Source of the DNA: an uncultured Thermotogae bacterium
Lineage (GTDB): Bacteria > Bipolaricaulota > Bipolaricaulia > UBA7950 > UBA9294
Assembly (NCBI GenBank): GCA_964466035.1
Contig: CAYXLR010000001.1
Span: 114,130-178,129, forward strand
Direction: 5' to 3'
Length of the DNA stretch: 64,000 nt
The notes below the pieces were generated by a model. It did no database searches. It was not told the origin of the DNA and saw only the letters and a program-made list of their open reading frames with translations. Positions 18,634 to 27,987 of the stretch are shown here, one piece after another; position 1 is the first letter of the stretch, and each line of letters starts with the position of its first letter. The position numbers were made by a program, and so were the translations under genes.

Positions 18634-19211
18634 GCGCCGTCACCCCCTCCGACGTACCGCACCGAGCTGTACTCGCCGAAGCTCTGCACGTACTCGTCGG
18701 CCAACGGGTCCTGTCCCCACCAGCGGCCGTCGATGACGAAGGCGTATTCGTACCGTCCCGGCGGAAGCGGAATGCTCACCGTCCAGATCCCGTCGTTGTC
18801 GTCGTCCGACAGGGCGGTCGGCTCCCACGCGTTGAAGTTGCCGACGACCGACACGTCGGTCGCGTCGAGCGCGGGCAAAACGAACAGGACCTCCTGGCCC
18901 CCGTCCGCGGCCCGCGACGGGGTGAGCCGGATCCCCGGCGCGTTGCCGGTGAACCCGAACTGGTTGGCGATGAGGACGCCGACCAACAGGCAGATCGCCG
19001 CCGTGGCGCCGACGACGGAGAGCTGTCCGATCCGCCCTCCGCGCGTCGGTGCGAGCAGCTGCCTCAGCCAATCGGAGACCCGCAGGCGCGGGCGACGCTC
19101 GCCGAGCTCAACGGCGATCCGCTCTTCGAGGCCGACCAATCCGCTCTCCGTCTCCGCGACCTCTTGCCGAAGCGTGTCTCGCAGGACGTCGTCGAATTCG
19201 TCCGGTCTCAC
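18630..19211 (-). CDS. Putative anti-sigma factor: cytoplasmic N-domain, one TM helix, extracytoplasmic CBM48/E-set-like domain
   Basis: GTGA overlap with the sigma gene stop. TM segment LSVVGATAAICLLVGVLIANQF. C-terminus VSVVGNFNAWEP...DGIWTVSIPLPPGRYEYAFVIDGRWW resembles the AMPK-beta/isoamylase N-terminal glycogen-binding fold. Confidence 0.6.
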   Translation of the reverse strand: MRPDEFDDVLRDTLRQEVAETESGLVGLEERIAVELGERRPRLRVSDWLRQLLAPTRGGRIGQLSVVGATAAICLLVGVLIANQFGFTGNAPGIRLTPSRAADGGQEVLFVLPALDATDVSVVGNFNAWEPTALSDDDNDGIWTVSIPLPPGRYEYAFVIDGRWWGQDPLADEYVQSFGEYSSVRYVGGGDGA

Positions 19212-19753
19212 GATCGATCACGCTCCTCCATCCGTTGTTTCAGCATGGCCTTTCCTCTATGAATCCTCGTTTTCACGGTTCCTTCCGGGATCGCCAGGAT
19301 CTCGGCGATCTCCCGATACGGGAGGTCGTTGTAGTACCTGAGTACCAGCGGAGCGCGGTACCCGTACGGGAGGCGCGTGAGCGCTTCGCGGACTTCGGCG
19401 TGCCGGTCGTCCCTCGCCACGATCGTCGCGGGGTCCGCGCCGCCGCGGATCTGCGCCGGAAGCTCCGCGACCGGGTGGTTCCGGCGGTAGCGAAGCCGAT
19501 TCCGACACAGGTTCGCGGCGATCGTGAACAGCCACGTCGAGAACCGCTTCTCCAGGTTGTACCGGCGCAGATTGACGTACGCACGGATGAACGCGTCGTG
19601 CGTGATGTCCTCCGCGTCGGCGCGGTTCCGCAGAAACCCGAGGCAAAGGCCGAACACCGCGTCTTTGTAGCGCGTGATGATCTCTCCCCAGGCTTCCGTC
19701 TCTCCTTCGAGCGAGGCTCTCAACAGACTCACCTCATCCTGCACACGGTACAC
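19208..19753 (-). CDS. ECF-type RNA polymerase sigma factor
   Basis: Region 2 (ITHDAFIRAYVNLRRYNLEKRFSTWLFTIAANLCRNRL) and region 4 (YNDLPYREIAEILAIPEGTVKTRIHRGK). ORF track starts at 19948. GTG 19753 chosen because GAGGAGG lies 11 nt upstream and an ECF-like promoter precedes it. Confidence 0.8.
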   Translation of the reverse strand: MYRVQDEVSLLRASLEGETEAWGEIITRYKDAVFGLCLGFLRNRADAEDITHDAFIRAYVNLRRYNLEKRFSTWLFTIAANLCRNRLRYRRNHPVAELPAQIRGGADPATIVARDDRHAEVREALTRLPYGYRAPLVLRYYNDLPYREIAEILAIPEGTVKTRIHRGKAMLKQRMEERDRS

Positions 19754-19780
19754 GTTTCCCGCTGCCTCCTCGGTCACCAA

Positions 19781-19808
19781 TATACACGGTTTTCCGCGCG
19801 GAAGTTTC
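19781..19808 (-). promoter_or_regulatory. Putative ECF-type autoregulatory promoter
   Basis: Minus strand GAAAC (19808-19804), 15 nt, CGTGTATA (19788-19781). Resembles the TGAAAC-N16-CGTATA class of ECF promoters. Confidence 0.35.
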
Positions 19809-19965
19809 GGTCCGACATTGGTCACCTCGGCCCGGGACGAACCCTCCGATTCGAGTTGCCCGTCGTCCCGGAAGTTCGCTTTGGAACAGCGGTAGACTCG
19901 AGCATGCGCCTTCATCGATGGGCCATGAGTACTTGTGAATCGCCTCATGCAAGGAGGTCGACGAG

Positions 19966-21267
19966 ATGTCCGCGACAGGAAACGTTGCTGGACTCGACAA
20001 ACGAAGGCTTGTGACCGCTCTTCTCCTGGTGGCGCTTCTTGGAGCGGGACTCGCCGCGTGCAGAGGGTTCTTCGGCCAGGCGCCGATCGCGCTGCTGACC
20101 GCCGGCGCAGGAGGAGACGGAGAGGTCCCGGTGACGATCACGTTCGACATCAGCGGTTCGAACGATCCGGACGGGGTGATCGCGACGTACACGCTCGATT
20201 TCGGGGACGGGTCGACGGCCGCGACCGGGACCGACGTGACGGTGCCGATCGTGCACGAGTACGAGGAAGCCGGGACGTTCACGGCCGTGCTGACGGTCAC
20301 CGACAACGACGGGCGGATCGGCATGGCGAACGCCGTCGTGACGATCGGGCCGGTGATGATCACGTTCGCGTCGGACCGGCTCGGCAACCACGACATCTAC
20401 CGGATGGAGGCCGACGGGACAAATCTCGTCTCCGTCTACGGTTCGGCAAACGATGAGCTGTTCCCGGATCTCAGGCAGAAGGTCCGGGATCGGATCGCCT
20501 ACGCGGCCGAAGACGGCGCGGATTGGAACATCTGGACGATGACCGTCGCCGGAGGAAGCCGGACGCAGCTGACGCAAACCGCGTCGAATCAGATCCAACC
20601 GGACTGGTCCGTCGACGCATCGACGATCGCGTACGCGTCGAACGAATCGGGCGAGTGGGAGATCTACACGATGACCTCGCTCGGCACGAGCCAGCAGAAG
20701 GTGACGTCGCAGAGCCCTTCCTGGGCGATCGCGCCGGTCTTCTCACCGGCGAACGACGACTTCCTGTTCGTCTCCGATAAGAACGCGACCGGCGGAAGCT
20801 CGATCTGGCTGTGGGACGACTCGGCCGGAGCACCGAGCGAGCTGTACGACGGGACCGGCCGCGACGGCGACGCGTCCCCGGCGCTGGCGACCGCTCCGGC
20901 GACGGCGCTCGACCTCCCGGCGGAGGCGGGGTTCTCACGGCCCACTTGGTCGCCCGATGGGGCGAAGATCGCGTTCACGCGGGAGCGGACGGCCGGCGGC
21001 GTCCTCGACGTCTACGTGATGGACGCGGACGGAAGCGGCGCGCAGTCGCTCGAGGAGTACGTCGACGAACTCGGCGTGACCAACACGAACATCACGACGA
21101 ACGACGACGAGTTCGCTCCGTTCTGGCTGGAGGACGACAGCGGGATCGCGTTCGTCAAGGAGGACGCCAGCGGCGACTTCCAGATCTACAAGGTCGACTT
21201 CGCGACCGGCGTGATCACGGCGCTGACCGGGACGGAGAACAACATCCTGCCGGCCTCGAAGCGGTAA
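19966..21267 (+). CDS. Lipoprotein with one PKD domain and a TolB-like (PD40) beta-propeller
   Basis: AAGGAGG 8 nt upstream of the ATG. Lipobox LLGAGLAAC. PKD unit FDISGSNDPDGVIATYTLDFGDG...GTFTAVLTVTDNDG. Repeated xIAYxS..G.W.IY / PxWSPDGxKIAF propeller blades. Confidence 0.8.
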   Translation: MSATGNVAGLDKRRLVTALLLVALLGAGLAACRGFFGQAPIALLTAGAGGDGEVPVTITFDISGSNDPDGVIATYTLDFGDGSTAATGTDVTVPIVHEYEEAGTFTAVLTVTDNDGRIGMANAVVTIGPVMITFASDRLGNHDIYRMEADGTNLVSVYGSANDELFPDLRQKVRDRIAYAAEDGADWNIWTMTVAGGSRTQLTQTASNQIQPDWSVDASTIAYASNESGEWEIYTMTSLGTSQQKVTSQSPSWAIAPVFSPANDDFLFVSDKNATGGSSIWLWDDSAGAPSELYDGTGRDGDASPALATAPATALDLPAEAGFSRPTWSPDGAKIAFTRERTAGGVLDVYVMDADGSGAQSLEEYVDELGVTNTNITTNDDEFAPFWLEDDSGIAFVKEDASGDFQIYKVDFATGVITALTGTENNILPASKR

Positions 21268-21286
21268 GCGGCGAGGAGGCCTCTGC

Positions 21287-21318
21287 GGGGAGTGAGACGC
21301 GTCTCACTCCCCGTTTTG
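21287..21318 (+). terminator. Rho-independent terminator of the 19966..21267 gene, overlapping the lnt 3' end
   Basis: Perfect 26-nt palindrome GGGGAGTGAGACGCGTCTCACTCCCC (21287-21312) followed by GTTTTGC. Confidence 0.65.
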
Positions 21319-22794
21319 CTTCCTCCGTCGAATCCAGCAGTCGAGGGCGAGAAGGATCGCGGCCGCGCAGCCCATCAGGGCGAGGAACGGCGCGTTGCCC
21401 CATCGCGTGTGGATCGATCGCGCCGTCGAGAGCCGGACCGCCCCGAAGGAGACCGTCTCTTCCGCGGTCTCCGACCGGATTCTTCCGCGCGGATCGACGA
21501 ATCCGGAGATCCCCCCGTTGGCCGCCTGAACCACGAACCGGCGGTTCTCCACCGCGCGGAAGACGGCGGTGGCGAAGTGGGCCCGCAGCTCGGAGCTCCC
21601 GGCGAACCACGCGTCGTTGGTCACCGTGATGAGGAGCGAGGCGCCGGCCTGCGTCAGCCGCCGGGAGGCCGTCGGGAACGTCGACTCGAAGCAGATCGGC
21701 GTCCCGATGCCGTCGAGCGGCTCGTAGACCGTCCCCCGACTCAGGTCGACGGGGAGGAGGGCGCGGGCCCACGGTCCGAGACCGACCGCCTCGAGCAGCC
21801 ACCGCCCGGGGATGTACTCCCCGAACGGCACCGGACGGACCATGTCGTAGGCGGCGACCACGCGGCCGTCGACGTCGACGAGGACGGTGGAGTTGAAGAT
21901 CCGACCGTCGCGATAGGTACCGGTTCCGAAGAGGAGCCTCGTTCCCCCGCGGTCGGCCAGATCGACCAGCCGGGAGAAGACGTCGGCGTCGCTCAGGATG
22001 TAGGCCGGGAGGAACGACTCGGGGAAGACGACGAGATCGGGTGCGGCGGCGATCGCGTTCTCGCCGAGGCGAAGGAACCGTTCGGTGAGGGCGTCGAGGT
22101 TCCGCCCGTCGAGCTTCACTTCCAGGTCGACGTTCGACGACACGACGGCGACGGCGAGAGACGGCGCGTCGCGATCCGCACCCGCGGGCAGGAACCAGAA
22201 CGCCGCTTGGACGGCGAGGAGGCCGACCGCGAGGAGGGCGAAGCGAAGCCGCCTCTCGCGCCAAGCGACGAACAGCGCGGCGTTGATCGCCACCACGAAG
22301 CCGGTGACCGACCACGAGCCGAGGACGGCGGACGGCTGGATCAGCCACGGGACGCGGTACAGGGCCTGGTGGAGCGTCGAGAACCCCATTCCCAGCGGTC
22401 CGAGCGTCCGGGCGTACTCCGCGAGGACGAACAGCGCCGGGGCGAGAAGGATCCACCTCGCGATTCCCGTCTTCTTCGATCGCCACGCCATCAGCGCCCC
22501 GATCAGGCCGAACGGAACGGCGAGGTAGGCGACGAGGAGGACGTACCCGGGGACGACGAATGGATTGAACCGGATCAGCGTCAGGACCCAACGGACGTCG
22601 ATCGCGAAGAACGCCAACCCGAACAGGTAGCCGTGCAGGAAACCGCGCCCTCTCCCCAGGGCGAGGAAGAGCGGGATCAACGCGACGAAGACGAGCGGCG
22701 CGGCGCCGAATCCGGGCATCGACAGCGCGGCGAGGACGCCGCCGCCCACGGCGAGCCACGTTTCCCTCCGACGGAACCAGTTCATATACTGCAC
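21304..22794 (-). CDS. lnt: Apolipoprotein N-acyltransferase
   Basis: N-terminal polytopic membrane part plus C-terminal CN-hydrolase domain (VVFPESF..., ICFEST...). Start is ambiguous: GTG 22794 or ATG 22785. Confidence 0.85.
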   Translation of the reverse strand: MQYMNWFRRRETWLAVGGGVLAALSMPGFGAAPLVFVALIPLFLALGRGRGFLHGYLFGLAFFAIDVRWVLTLIRFNPFVVPGYVLLVAYLAVPFGLIGALMAWRSKKTGIARWILLAPALFVLAEYARTLGPLGMGFSTLHQALYRVPWLIQPSAVLGSWSVTGFVVAINAALFVAWRERRLRFALLAVGLLAVQAAFWFLPAGADRDAPSLAVAVVSSNVDLEVKLDGRNLDALTERFLRLGENAIAAAPDLVVFPESFLPAYILSDADVFSRLVDLADRGGTRLLFGTGTYRDGRIFNSTVLVDVDGRVVAAYDMVRPVPFGEYIPGRWLLEAVGLGPWARALLPVDLSRGTVYEPLDGIGTPICFESTFPTASRRLTQAGASLLITVTNDAWFAGSSELRAHFATAVFRAVENRRFVVQAANGGISGFVDPRGRIRSETAEETVSFGAVRLSTARSIHTRWGNAPFLALMGCAAAILLALDCWIRRRKQNGE

Positions 22795-22820
22795 ATCATA
22801 TCGCGCGAGAGGGGGACGCG

Positions 22821-23600
22821 ATGCATCCCATTCTGCTTCAGATCGGTCCGGTGACGATCCGCTACTACGGCCTGATGTACGTCATCGCGATCGCGGTCGG
22901 TTTCCTCCTGCTGGTCCGGGAGACCCGGAGGAAGGGACTCCCGCTGGCGACGGAGAACCTGCTCGACCTGTTGCTGTGGACCGTTCCGATCGCGATCGTC
23001 GGCGCGCGCCTCTACTACGTCGCGTTTCATTGGGACTACTACGTGTCGCATCCGCTGGACATCGTCAAGATCTGGGAGGGCGGGCTGGCGATTCACGGCG
23101 GGGTTCTCGCCGGTGCCGCGGTCGTCTTCTTCTACGCCCGGGCGAAGAAGGTGCGATTCTGGGCGCTCACCGACGCGCTGGTCCCGAGCCTGATCCTCGG
23201 CCAGGCGATCGGCCGGATCGGCAACCTGATGAACGGGGACGCGTTCGGCACGCCGACGACGCTTCCGTGGGGGATCCGGTTTCCCGCCGATTCGCCGGCG
23301 GGAATGGCGTATCCGGGACAGGCGACGCATCCGTCGATGATCTACGAGATGTTGCTCAATCTCGCGATCTTCGCCTTCCTGTGGTGGTGGGTCCGGAAGC
23401 GAAGCTTCAAGGACGGCTTCGCCACCGCGATCTACTTCATCCTCTACGCGATCGCCCGCTCGATCGTCAGCGTCACCCGCGGCGACTCCCTCTGGCTCGG
23501 CCCGATCCGGGCGGCCCACGTGATCAGCGTCCTGTTCGTCGTCGGGTTCGGGCTGTTGATCTGGCGGCGCCGCCTGTGTCGAAGGGGGCCTACGGGCTGA
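22821..23600 (+). CDS. lgt: Prolipoprotein diacylglyceryl transferase
   Basis: IRYYGLMYVIAIAVG, GGLAIHGG, GRIGNLMNGDAFG motifs. GAGGGGG 5 nt upstream of the ATG. Divergent from lnt with only 26 nt between ORF starts. Confidence 0.9.
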   Translation: MHPILLQIGPVTIRYYGLMYVIAIAVGFLLLVRETRRKGLPLATENLLDLLLWTVPIAIVGARLYYVAFHWDYYVSHPLDIVKIWEGGLAIHGGVLAGAAVVFFYARAKKVRFWALTDALVPSLILGQAIGRIGNLMNGDAFGTPTTLPWGIRFPADSPAGMAYPGQATHPSMIYEMLLNLAIFAFLWWWVRKRSFKDGFATAIYFILYAIARSIVSVTRGDSLWLGPIRAAHVISVLFVVGFGLLIWRRRLCRRGPTG

Positions 23601-24306
23601 ACCCCTCTCCCAGGTAGACCCGCCGCGCCTCGGGATCGGCGAGGATCTCCTCGGGGGTCCCGGCGGCGATCTGACGCCCCTTGTCGATCAGGACCGCGTG
23701 GTCGGTGATCTTCAGGGTGTCCCGGACGTTGTGATCGGTGACGACGACGCCGATCCCACGCTCCTTCAGGGAGACGATCTCCTGCTGGAGATCGGCGATC
23801 GAGATCGGGTCGATCCCCGAGAACGGCTCGTCGAGGAGGACGTAGCGCGGCGACGTGGCGAGCGTCCGCGCGATCTCGAGCCGCCGTCGCTCCCCGGAGG
23901 AGAGCGTCTTCGCCTGCTGGGCTCGAAGCGCCTCCAGGCCGAACTCGGCCAGGAGCTGCTCGCGGAGGTGCGATCGCTCCTTCGCGGTCGGGAACCACTC
24001 GAGCGCCAGGTCGAGGTTCTCGATGACGGAGGCGCGGGTGAAGACGGACGGCTCCTGGGGGAGATACCCGATCCCGAGGCGGGCCCGGCGGAAGAACGGA
24101 AGCCCCGAGATGTCCTCGTCGTCGAGGAGGACCCTCCCGCCGTCGGCGGCGATGAAGCCGATCATCATGTGGAACGTCGTCGTCTTCCCGGCTCCGTTCG
24201 GCCCGAGGAGGCCGACGATCCGGCCCGGCTCGACCTGCAGAGCGAGCCGGTCGACGACGGCGCGGCGCTGATACACCTTGACCAGTTCTTCGGCTCTAAG
24301 TGCCAT
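23590..24306 (-). CDS. lptB: LPS-export-type ABC transporter ATP-binding protein
   Basis: GPNGAGKTTTF, LSSGERRRLEIAR, VLLDEPFSGIDP. LptB-like length and C-terminus. ATG 24306 (GAGGGAG upstream) preferred over the TTG 24327 used by the track. Confidence 0.8.
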   Translation of the reverse strand: MALRAEELVKVYQRRAVVDRLALQVEPGRIVGLLGPNGAGKTTTFHMMIGFIAADGGRVLLDDEDISGLPFFRRARLGIGYLPQEPSVFTRASVIENLDLALEWFPTAKERSHLREQLLAEFGLEALRAQQAKTLSSGERRRLEIARTLATSPRYVLLDEPFSGIDPISIADLQQEIVSLKERGIGVVVTDHNVRDTLKITDHAVLIDKGRQIAAGTPEEILADPEARRVYLGEGFSP

Positions 24307-24994
24307 CCGACTCCCTCGATCCCCCAAGGTCGAGCCGCGCCTCGACGCCGCCGACGGCCAGGATCCCGTCTTCGTCCAGTCGGACCGACTCGGCCCGCAC
24401 GCGGCCCTCCTCCGAGCCGACGGTCACGCCCCCGAGGAAGGTCACGACGCCGTCGCGCTCCTCCGCCCGTTCGGCACGGATCGCCCACTCCGTCTCAAGG
24501 CGCGCCGTCGCCTCGACGCCGCCTTCGAACACCGCCGTCTCGGCCCGAAGATCGTACCCGAACCGGGCGGCCGACAGGCGCAGATCGTCGGTGGAGAGGC
24601 CGATCGGACCGGCGTCGAGGCGCTCTTCGGCTTCGTTCCAGGTCAGGGTTTCGACCTCCATTCGGAAGTCGCCGCTCTGCTCGATCCGAACGTCCCCGGA
24701 CAAGCGGCCGACGCCGTCGGTCCGCTCGAGGCGGTCTCCCCGGGCGCGCATCGCCGAGCCGTCCTCGTTGTGAAAGTCGACCGCGACGTCGGTCAGAGTC
24801 TGCGTCGATCCGTCGAGCCGACCCTCTCTGGCGCGGATCTCCCACAGGGGGGCACCGTCGTCGGCGTAGCCGTACAGCGCGATCTCGCGGGCGACCGTCG
24901 TGTCGCTCGCCGGATTCCTCCCGCGCGGCAGGAAGACGAGCCCGACGAGGATCGCTACGACGAGGATCGCGAGGAGGCCTTTGGCTCGAGACAT
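24296..24994 (-). CDS. LptC/OstA-like periplasmic protein with N-terminal membrane anchor
   Basis: ORF track 24296..26656 trimmed to ATG 24994 (MSRAKGLLAILVVAILVGLVFL anchor). Beta-rich repeats of the G.V.....D..L.A....Y type. The start lies 40 nt inside the pyrG 3' end. Immediately upstream of lptB. Confidence 0.55.
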   Translation of the reverse strand: MSRAKGLLAILVVAILVGLVFLPRGRNPASDTTVAREIALYGYADDGAPLWEIRAREGRLDGSTQTLTDVAVDFHNEDGSAMRARGDRLERTDGVGRLSGDVRIEQSGDFRMEVETLTWNEAEERLDAGPIGLSTDDLRLSAARFGYDLRAETAVFEGGVEATARLETEWAIRAERAEERDGVVTFLGGVTVGSEEGRVRAESVRLDEDGILAVGGVEARLDLGGSRESDGT

Positions 24995-26577
24995 GATCGC
25001 ACGAACCCGCAGAACAGCGGGTGGGGAGAGAGGAAACGCGACGAGAATTCCGGATGGAACTGGACCCCGACGAACCACGGGTGATCGATCAGCTCGACGA
25101 CCTCGACGAGCCGGTCGTCGAGCGACGTCCCCGCGATCCGCATGCCGGCCGACTCGACGCGGTCCCTGTAGGTCGGGTTGAACTCGTAGCGGTGGCGGTG
25201 CCGCTCCGCGATCCGCCGGGCCCCGTAGCAGGCGGCGGCGATCGATCCTTTGACCAGGTTCGTCTCGTAGACGCCGAGGCGCATCGTCCCGCCCTTGAGG
25301 GCGACGTCGACTTGCTCTTCGAGGAGGCTGATCACCGGGTGGGGCGTCTCCGGATCGAACTCCGAGCTGTTCGCTCCGGAGAGACCGAGGACGTTGCGCG
25401 CGAACTCGATGATCGCGCACTGAAGCCCGAGACAGAGCCCGAAGTACGGGGTCCGTTGCGTCCGGGCGTACTCGACCGCCTCGATCTTCCCCTCGATCCC
25501 CCGATCGCCGAACCCGCCGGGGATCAGGACGCCGTCGAGAGGAGCGAGACGCGGTGTCGGCCCCTCCTGTGCGATCGCGTCGGACGGGATCCACTCGATG
25601 TCGACACCGACGTCCTCGGCCGCGCCGGCGTGAAGCAGGGCCTCTCGGATGCTGATGTACGAATCGCGCAGTTCGACGTACTTGCCGACGATCCCGATGC
25701 GGACCCTGGAGGCGGGGGACTCGATCCGGCGCACCCTCGAGACCCACTCCGACAGGTCGGGCGAACGCTCGACGTCGAGCCCGAGCCCGGTCGCGACGCG
25801 GCGGGTCAGCCCGTGCTCGTCCAACCGGAGCGGCGCGTGGTAGATCGTCGGGTAGTCGGGGTTGTCGATGACGTTCTCGATCGGGACGTCGCAGAAGAGG
25901 GCGATCTTTCGCTTGACGGGGTCCGGCGGCGGCACGTCGCACCGGGCGACGATCGCGTCGGGCTGGATGCCGATCGCCCGCAGCTCCTTGACGGAATGCT
26001 GGGTCGGCTTCGTCTTCAGCTCGTCCGAGGTCGTCAGCCGAGGGAGGAGGGTGACGTGGACGAAGAAGGTGTCCTCCCTCGGGAGCTCGTCCTTCATCTG
26101 GCGGAGCGCTTCGAGGAACGGGAGGGACTCGATGTCTCCGACCGTGCCGCCGACCTCGATCACGCCGATCTCCGCGTCCGTCTCGTCCAGCGGAAGGCGG
26201 ATCAGGCGCTTGATCTCGTCGGTGACGTGCGGGATGACCTGGACCGTCCGTCCGAGGTACTTCCCGGCGCGCTCCTTCCGGATGACGTTCCAGTAAATCT
26301 GCCCCGTCGTCAGGTAGTTCGCGGCGGAGAGCTCTTCGTCGAGGAAGCGCTCGTACCGGCCGATGTCGAGGTCGGTCTCCCGCCCGTCGTGGGTGACGAA
26401 GACCTCGCCGTGTTCGTACGGATTCATCGTCCCGGCGTCGACGTTGACGTAGGGGTCGATCTTTTGCAGGCTGACGCGATATCCTTGAAGCTTGAAGAGA
26501 AGGCCGATTGACGCGGAGACGACCCCCTTCCCGAGTCCGGAAAGCACGCCCCCCGTGATGAAGACGAACTTGTGCAC
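24955..26577 (-). CDS. pyrG: CTP synthase
   Basis: MHKFVFITGGVLSGLGKG..., DPYVNVDAGTMNPYEHGEVFVT, and glutaminase domain YFGLCLGLQ. Confidence 0.95.
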   Translation of the reverse strand: MHKFVFITGGVLSGLGKGVVSASIGLLFKLQGYRVSLQKIDPYVNVDAGTMNPYEHGEVFVTHDGRETDLDIGRYERFLDEELSAANYLTTGQIYWNVIRKERAGKYLGRTVQVIPHVTDEIKRLIRLPLDETDAEIGVIEVGGTVGDIESLPFLEALRQMKDELPREDTFFVHVTLLPRLTTSDELKTKPTQHSVKELRAIGIQPDAIVARCDVPPPDPVKRKIALFCDVPIENVIDNPDYPTIYHAPLRLDEHGLTRRVATGLGLDVERSPDLSEWVSRVRRIESPASRVRIGIVGKYVELRDSYISIREALLHAGAAEDVGVDIEWIPSDAIAQEGPTPRLAPLDGVLIPGGFGDRGIEGKIEAVEYARTQRTPYFGLCLGLQCAIIEFARNVLGLSGANSSEFDPETPHPVISLLEEQVDVALKGGTMRLGVYETNLVKGSIAAACYGARRIAERHRHRYEFNPTYRDRVESAGMRIAGTSLDDRLVEVVELIDHPWFVGVQFHPEFSSRFLSPHPLFCGFVRSCLEPKASSRSSS

Positions 26578-26663
26578 GGTTCGAAGCCACCCGCCTTTCG
26601 AGCTCCGCTCCGCACAGGATACGGGAACCGCGAAATCCGCGCAAGCCCGCGAGCATTGGGCTA

Positions 26664-26692
26664 TTGAGGCCCCATACCCTTTGTGCTATAAT
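26664..26692 (+). promoter_or_regulatory. Sigma70-type promoter of secG
   Basis: TTGAGG (26664-26669), 17 nt, TATAAT (26687-26692), 48 nt upstream of the secG ATG. Confidence 0.55.
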
Positions 26693-26740
26693 CGGCCGAC
26701 TCCAGACCCCTCAAAGGAATTGAGAAAGGACCAGCGAGTT

Positions 26741-26965
26741 ATGTGGCGAGTCATCCTCGAGGTTCTGTTTTTCTTCGACTGCCTGGCGCTGATGGGGATC
26801 ATCCTGCTTCAAATGAGCGAGCATTCCGGACTCGGCGGCGCGTTCGGATCCGGGATGTCGAGCACGGTTTTCGGACGCGACGAGGTCAGGGACCCCAAAC
26901 GGACGCTCACTGTCGCACTGGCCGTTGCATTCATGCTGCTCGGCTTCGTACTATCGATCCTTTAG
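26741..26965 (+). CDS. secG: Preprotein translocase subunit SecG
   Basis: Internal ATG 26741 of ORF 26492..26965 with GAGAAAGGA upstream. MWRVILEVLFFFDCLALMGIILLQMSEHSGLGGAFGSG...: two TM helices flanking a Gly-rich loop, 74 aa. Confidence 0.8.
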   Translation: MWRVILEVLFFFDCLALMGIILLQMSEHSGLGGAFGSGMSSTVFGRDEVRDPKRTLTVALAVAFMLLGFVLSIL

Positions 26966-26989
26966 TGTTACGACGAGGAGGGAGGACCG

Positions 26990-27970
26990 GTGCCGCTAAT
27001 CGAGGTCAGAGGTCTGAAGACGTACTTCTACACGGAGGACGGCGTTGTCCGGGCCGTGGACGGCGTCGACTACGTGATCGAGCAGGAGAAGACGCTCGGG
27101 GTCGTCGGCGAGAGTGGATGCGGAAAATCGGTCACGGCCCTGTCGATCATGGGGCTGGTCCAGATCCCGCCGGGGAAGATCGAAGCGGGTGAGATCCTCT
27201 TCTACCGCGACGGCAAGGTCATGGACCTGACGAAGTTCGACCCCAAGGGCCGCGAGATGCGATCGATCCGAGGCAACGAGATCGCGATGATCTTCCAGGA
27301 GCCGATGACCTCCCTCAATCCCGTCTACACGATCGGCAACCAGATCATGGAAGCGATCATCCTCCACCAGAAGCTCAACAAGGCGAAGGCGAAGCAGAAG
27401 GCGATTGACATGCTCCGCGAGGTGGGGATCCCCCTTCCCGAGCAGCGGGTCAACGAGTACCCGCATCAGCTGTCCGGAGGCATGCGGCAGCGCGCGATGA
27501 TCGCGATGGCCCTCTCCTGCAACCCGTCCCTTCTCATCGCCGACGAGCCGACGACCGCGCTCGACGTGACGATTCAGGCGCAGGTCCTCGAGCTGATGAA
27601 CGAGCTGCGCCGGGAGTTTCATGCGGCGATTCAGTTCATCACGCACGACCTCGGCGTGATCGCTGGAATGGCCGACGACGTGGTCGTCATGTATCTCGGG
27701 CGGATCGTGGAGGGCTCGACCGTCGGCGAGGTGTTCCACAACCCGAAGCATCCGTACACCCAAGGGCTGATGAACTCGATTCCGTCGCTGGCGTCTCGGA
27801 AGGATCGACTGGAGCCGATCAAGGGCGTCGTGCCCGATCCGTTCGAGGTCCCGCCGGGGTGCGGATTCGAGCCGAGATGCCCCCACGCGATGGAGATCTG
27901 CAAGACGAGGATGCCGGACCTGAAGGAAGTGGCACCGGGCCACATCGCGGCCTGTTGGCTTTACGAGTGA
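26990..27970 (+). CDS. oppD: Oligopeptide/dipeptide-type ABC transporter ATP-binding protein (OppD/DppD family)
   Basis: [33 protein letters not shown]-terminal oligopeptide-ABC extension ending CPHAMEICK. Confidence 0.85.
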   Translation: MPLIEVRGLKTYFYTEDGVVRAVDGVDYVIEQEKTLGVVGESGCGKSVTALSIMGLVQIPPGKIEAGEILFYRDGKVMDLTKFDPKGREMRSIRGNEIAMIFQEPMTSLNPVYTIGNQIMEAIILHQKLNKAKAKQKAIDMLREVGIPLPEQRVNEYPHQLSGGMRQRAMIAMALSCNPSLLIADEPTTALDVTIQAQVLELMNELRREFHAAIQFITHDLGVIAGMADDVVVMYLGRIVEGSTVGEVFHNPKHPYTQGLMNSIPSLASRKDRLEPIKGVVPDPFEVPPGCGFEPRCPHAMEICKTRMPDLKEVAPGHIAACWLYE

Positions 27971-27987
27971 CAGCGAGGTGATCGAGT

